Assembly (NCBI GenBank): GCA_049972045.1
Contig: JBMFKS010000003.1
Span: forward strand, 9,723 to 73,722
Origin: Anaerolineae bacterium
GTDB taxonomy: Bacteria; Chloroflexota; Anaerolineae; B4-G1; DUEL01
Direction of reading: 5' to 3'
DNA: 64,000 nt
Part shown: positions 60,347 through 64,000 of the stretch, one piece after another
Layout: every line of letters begins with the position of its first letter
Numbering within the stretch: position 1 is the stretch's first letter
Notes under the pieces: generated by a model
Seen by the model: only the letters and a program-made list of their open reading frames with translations
Told to the model about the DNA's origin: nothing
The model's database searches: none
Made by a program: the position numbers and the translations under genes

Positions 60347-61390
60347 ATGGAGGACCCTATGGACGCATCCTTCCTGGATTTACTGATGGCGCAGCAAGAG
60401 GAAGTCACCGAGGCGGAGGGCGGGGGTGGCATCTGGGTTGTCGCCGACGTGGTGGATGGCGCCGTTGCGCCGGTGACGCTGGAGGCCATCGGCGCGGCCC
60501 GCAACCTGGCGGGTGCCCTGGGCGCCTACGTCTACGCCGTGCTGCTGGGCGACGGCGTCTCCGACCTGGCTGCCACCCTCTACCAGGCCGGTGCCGACGG
60601 CGTCCGCGTGGCCGACCACCCCGCCCTGGCCTCGTTCGCCGTGGAGCCATACCTGGAAGTGCTGGTCAACCTCTTCCAGACCGAGGGGCCGGAGGTCATC
60701 CTCTTCGGCGCGACCCGGCAGGGGCAGGAACTGGCACCCCGGGTGGCCCAGCGGCTGGGCGGTGGGCTGATAGAACACGCCACCGCGATGACGCTGGATG
60801 AGGCGACCCGCACCGTCCAGGCTGCCGTCCCGATTTACGGCGGCGAGTACTTTGAGATCGTGGCCTGTCCTCAGGCCCGGCCCCAGGTGCTGACGGTGGA
60901 ACCGGGGGCTTTCCCCGCGCCCTTTATGGACCCCTACCGCAAGGGCGAGCCGAAGAGCATAGAGGTGACACCGGTGGAGCCCCGGGTGCGGGTACTGGGC
61001 CCGGCGGAGGACTTCACCCCGCCGGAGGTGCCGCTGGCGCAGGCCCCCGTCATCGTCGCGGCCGGGCGGCAGGCCGGGGACTTCGGGCTGGTGGAACAGT
61101 TGGCCGCCGTGCTGGGCGGCCGGGTGGCCGGAGACCGCGGCGCGCGGGACGCGGGTTGGATCGGCCCTGAACAGATCGTAGACGTCCGGGGCGTCACCGT
61201 CGCGCCGAAGGTGTACGTCGCGGTGGGGATTCGGGGTGACACCTTCCACAACGCCGCCATAGAGAACGCCCGCTTCATCCTGGCCATCCACCCCGACCCC
61301 ACCGCCCCTATCTTCCGAGTGGCTGACCTCTGCATAGAGGCCGACCCGAAGGAGGTGCTGCCGGCGCTCCTGACCGCGCTGGGGAAATAA
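60347..61390 (+). CDS. etfA: Electron transfer flavoprotein alpha subunit
   Basis: It has GIWVVADVVDGAVAPVTLEAIGAARNLAG and the C-terminal FAD-binding region VAVGIRGDTFHNAAIENARFILAIHPDPTAPIF. Confidence 0.9.
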   Translation: MEDPMDASFLDLLMAQQEEVTEAEGGGGIWVVADVVDGAVAPVTLEAIGAARNLAGALGAYVYAVLLGDGVSDLAATLYQAGADGVRVADHPALASFAVEPYLEVLVNLFQTEGPEVILFGATRQGQELAPRVAQRLGGGLIEHATAMTLDEATRTVQAAVPIYGGEYFEIVACPQARPQVLTVEPGAFPAPFMDPYRKGEPKSIEVTPVEPRVRVLGPAEDFTPPEVPLAQAPVIVAAGRQAGDFGLVEQLAAVLGGRVAGDRGARDAGWIGPEQIVDVRGVTVAPKVYVAVGIRGDTFHNAAIENARFILAIHPDPTAPIFRVADLCIEADPKEVLPALLTALGK

Positions 61391-61412
61391 CCCCGCCCTC
61401 GGATCCCCCCCG

Positions 61413-61446
61413 GTAGGTCGGATTGCCAATCCGACCTACTTTTTTA
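61413..61446 (+). terminator. Rho-independent terminator after etfA
   Basis: The perfect palindrome gtaggtcggattgccaatccgacctac is followed by tttttta, 23 nt after the etfA stop. Confidence 0.7.
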
Positions 61447-61548
61447 TGCCTGTGGCAGTGACGCTCTGGCCCACCCACCCCCGGTTGACACTCCGGTCAT
61501 TTCGGTGTACAAAACCAGCAGACCACCTTCGCGATCGGAGGTTGCCAG

Positions 61549-62532
61549 ATGAGCGCCCGACCTGTTGTCTATGTGACCCGCCGCATCCCGGAAACCGGCC
61601 TGGCCCCGGTACGGGAAGTCTGCCAGGTCCGCCTCTGGGAAGGGGAACTGCCGCCGCCGAAAACCGTACTCCTGCGGGAAGTGGCCGACTGCGACGGCCT
61701 GCTCTGCCTCCTCACCGACCCCATAGACGAAGAGGTGATGGCCGCGGGCGCCCGCCTGCGGGTCATCAGCCAGATGGCCGTGGGGGTGGATAACATTGAC
61801 CTGCGCGCGGCTACCGCCCGGGGCATCCCTGTCGGTCACACCCCGGGTGTGCTCACCGAAGCCACTGCCGACTTCACCTTCGCTCTGCTGATGGCGGCGG
61901 CCCGCCGTATCCCCGAGGGGGTGGATTACGTTCGGGCCGGGAAGTGGCGGACATGGGAACCGATGGGGCTGCTGGGCGTGGATGTCTGGGGGGCCACACT
62001 GGGCATCATCGGGCTGGGCCGCATTGGGACAGCGGTGGCCCGCCGCGCCCGCGGCTTTGCCATGCGCATCCTCTACTACGACCCCACCCGTCGGCCCGAC
62101 CTGGAGGCCGAACTGGGGGTGGAATACGCCGACCTGGATGACCTCCTGGCCCACTCCGATTTCGTCTCCCTCCACTGCCCGCTGACGCCGGAGACGTATC
62201 ACCTGATCGGCGAAGCGGCACTGCGGCGGATGAAGCCGACGGCTATCCTCATCAACGCCGCCCGGGGGCCCGTGGTGGACCCCGACGCGCTGGTGCGAGC
62301 CCTCTCCGAGGGCTGGATTCGTGCGGCCGCGCTGGATGTCACGGAACCGGAACCGATTCCGCCGGATCATCCCCTGGTCTCGCTGCCCAATTGCGTTGTC
62401 GTCCCCCACATTGCCAGCGCGACGGTCTCCACGCGGGAGCGAATGGCCGCGATGGCGGCGGAGAACCTTCTGGCGGGCCTGCGGGGCGAACGCCTCCCCT
62501 ATTGTGCCAACCCGGAGGTCTACGCTCGCTGA
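61549..62532 (+). CDS. D-isomer-specific 2-hydroxyacid dehydrogenase (glyoxylate/hydroxypyruvate reductase-like)
   Basis: It contains [28 protein letters not shown] (an NAD-binding motif) and ALDVTEPEP...[10 protein letters not shown]. The protein is 327 aa. Confidence 0.85.
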   Translation: MSARPVVYVTRRIPETGLAPVREVCQVRLWEGELPPPKTVLLREVADCDGLLCLLTDPIDEEVMAAGARLRVISQMAVGVDNIDLRAATARGIPVGHTPGVLTEATADFTFALLMAAARRIPEGVDYVRAGKWRTWEPMGLLGVDVWGATLGIIGLGRIGTAVARRARGFAMRILYYDPTRRPDLEAELGVEYADLDDLLAHSDFVSLHCPLTPETYHLIGEAALRRMKPTAILINAARGPVVDPDALVRALSEGWIRAAALDVTEPEPIPPDHPLVSLPNCVVVPHIASATVSTRERMAAMAAENLLAGLRGERLPYCANPEVYAR

Positions 62533-62593
62533 TAGGGGGAAGGGGGATTGGCGGCGGCCGAAGGCTGCCGCCAAAAATCTCCCGGGCTCCTGC

Positions 62594-62634
62594 TCAAAAC
62601 AAAAGGGGCAGGAACCTCACCGGTTGCCTGCCCC
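62594..62634 (-). terminator. Probable rho-independent terminator after groEL
   Basis: On the minus strand the hairpin ggggcaggcaaccggtgaggttcctgcccc is followed by ttttgttttg, about 30 nt after the groEL stop. Confidence 0.55.
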
Positions 62635-62663
62635 AGGAGAGACGGCCGTAACTGGCGGGGAGA

Positions 62664-64000
62664 TTAGTACTCCGGCATAGACGGCGTCTCCTTCTTCTCC
62701 TCCGGGATGTCGGTGACCAGCGCCTCGGTGGAGAGAATCATCGCCGCGATGGAGGCCGCGTTCTCAATCGCGCCCTTGGTCACCTTCGCCGGGTCAATAA
62801 TCCCCCGCTCCACCATGTCCACGTACTCGCCCGCCAGGACATCAAAGCCGATGCGCGGGTTGTTCTGCTCCTTCTGGAGCCGCCGGACCGTGTCCAGGAT
62901 GACGGCGCCGTCGTAGCCCGCATTCTCAGCAATCTGCTGGAGCGGGGCCTCCAGGGCGGTGCGGAGAATCTCCACGCCGGTCTGCTCGTCCCGGTACTGC
63001 ATCTTCACGTTGTCCAGCGCGGGGATGGCGTTGACCAGCGCCACGCCGCCGCCGGGGACGATCCCTTCCTCAATGGCCGCGCGGGTCGCGCTGAGAGCGT
63101 CCTCCACCCGGTGTTTCTTCTCCTTGAGTTCGGTCTCGGTGGCCGCACCCACGCGGATGATGGCAACGCCACCGGCCAGTTTCGCCAGCCGCTCCTGGAG
63201 TTTCTCCCGGTCGTAGTCGGAGGTGGACTTTTCAATCTCAACCTTGATCTGCTCCATGCGGCCCTTGATGGCCCGCTCGTCGCCCCGACCGCCGACGATG
63301 GTGGTATCGTCTTTGGTGACGATGACCTTGTCGGCCCGGCCCAGGTCGGCGATGGTGGCGCTCTCCAGTTTGCGGCCCTCCTCCTCGGTAATCACCCGAC
63401 CACCGGTGAGGATGGCGATGTCCTGCAGCATGGCCTTGCGCCGGTCGCCGAAGCCGGGGGCCTTCACCGCCACGCAGTTGAGCATCCCGCGCAGTTTGTT
63501 CACCACCAGCGTCGCCAGAGCGGCCCCGTCCACGTCCTCCGCAATCACCACCAGTTCCCGCTTGCCCTGCTGGACCAGTTTCTCCAGGATGGGCATCAGG
63601 TCCTCGGCGGCGGAGATCTTCTTGTCGTGGATGAGGATGTAGGGCTCCTCAATGACGCACTCCATCGTCTCCGGGTTGGTGATGAAGTAGGCGCTGATGT
63701 AGCCCCGATCAAACTGCATCCCCTCCACGTACTCCGTCTCAAACTCCAGCCCCTTGCTCTCTTCCACGGTGACGACGCCGTCCTTGCCGACTTTGTCCAT
63801 CACCTCGGCGATCAGTTCGCCGATCTCGCGGTCCTGGGCGGAGATGGCCGCCACGTTGGCGATTTCTTCTTTGGTGGTGACGGGGATGGACTGCTCGTCA
63901 ATCGCTTTGGCAACGGCCTTTGCGCCCTCCAGGATGCCGCGCTTGAGGAGCATGGGGTTGGCGCCGGCGGCCACGTTCTTCATCCCCTCGGTGATGATGA
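62664..64000 (-). CDS. groL: Chaperonin GroEL, 5' end beyond the window
   Basis: It contains ...[24 protein letters not shown]...GGGVALV.. and the C-terminus ...[10 protein letters not shown]. The reading frame continues to coordinate 64000 and beyond, and the listed M at 63983 is internal. Confidence 0.95.
   Translation of the reverse strand, partial: IITEGMKNVAAGANPMLLKRGILEGAKAVAKAIDEQSIPVTTKEEIANVAAISAQDREIGELIAEVMDKVGKDGVVTVEESKGLEFETEYVEGMQFDRGYISAYFITNPETMECVIEEPYILIHDKKISAAEDLMPILEKLVQQGKRELVVIAEDVDGAALATLVVNKLRGMLNCVAVKAPGFGDRRKAMLQDIAILTGGRVITEEEGRKLESATIADLGRADKVIVTKDDTTIVGGRGDERAIKGRMEQIKVEIEKSTSDYDREKLQERLAKLAGGVAIIRVGAATETELKEKKHRVEDALSATRAAIEEGIVPGGGVALVNAIPALDNVKMQYRDEQTGVEILRTALEAPLQQIAENAGYDGAVILDTVRRLQKEQNNPRIGFDVLAGEYVDMVERGIIDPAKVTKGAIENAASIAAMILSTEALVTDIPEEKKETPSMPEY

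Noticed and set aside
62533-62592. Hairpin ggcggcggccgaaggctgccgcc followed by AAAAAT as a terminator for the dehydrogenase gene
   Set aside because: The A-tract follows the stem on the plus strand and the T-tract precedes it on the minus strand. The orientation is wrong for either gene. Only the second hairpin (62594-62634) with a downstream T-run on the minus strand was kept.

Overview
This is a GC-rich bacterial chromosomal window. The gene content (expanded HAMP/GAF sensors, Uma2, four-helix-bundle protein, fused glyQS) would fit Chloroflexota or a similar thermophile, but that is an inference. Housekeeping genes present: a partial CaCA antiporter, a DAGK-like lipid kinase, fused glyQS, mutL, plsY, rfbD, tRNA-Arg(CCT), pgk, gap, a yvcK-like gene, trmH-family methyltransferase, RNase J, two GT4 glycosyltransferases, DUF402-CinA, a TetR regulator, a beta-oxidation operon (thiolase, 3-hydroxyacyl-CoA dehydrogenase, crotonase, two acyl-CoA dehydrogenases, etfBA), a 2-hydroxyacid dehydrogenase and partial groEL. 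The dominant feature is a ~29-kb, almost entirely co-directional signalling supercluster at ~5.0-34.2 kb. It holds two single-domain receivers, a HAMP-GAF histidine kinase, six large HAMP/GAF multi-domain proteins with no recognisable output domain, and a 2011-aa multi-GAF hybrid kinase with two receivers. Three of the sensor genes are each immediately followed by, and translationally coupled to, a small restriction-endonuclease-fold gene. Two are paralogous coiled-coil plus Hjc-like PD-(D/E)XK proteins carrying different in-frame tandem repeats, and one is Uma2. An orphan ParA-like ATPase sits in the same operon. The GAF paralogs share perfectly identical DNA tracts in a mosaic pattern, which points to recent gene conversion. 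Intergenic space is crowded with at least three repeat classes. The first is STRR-like heptanucleotide tandem arrays (GTCGCAG and variants) that flank mutL and a four-helix-bundle gene. The second is GC-rich palindromic elements. The third is a ~80-125 bp MITE-like element ending in TTGACAAACC, one copy of which splits a nucleotidyltransferase gene. Toxin-antitoxin-type modules (HEPN/MNT, hicB plus a frameshifted hicA) are inserted between core genes. All calls rest on reading the translations and sequence by eye; no searches were run.
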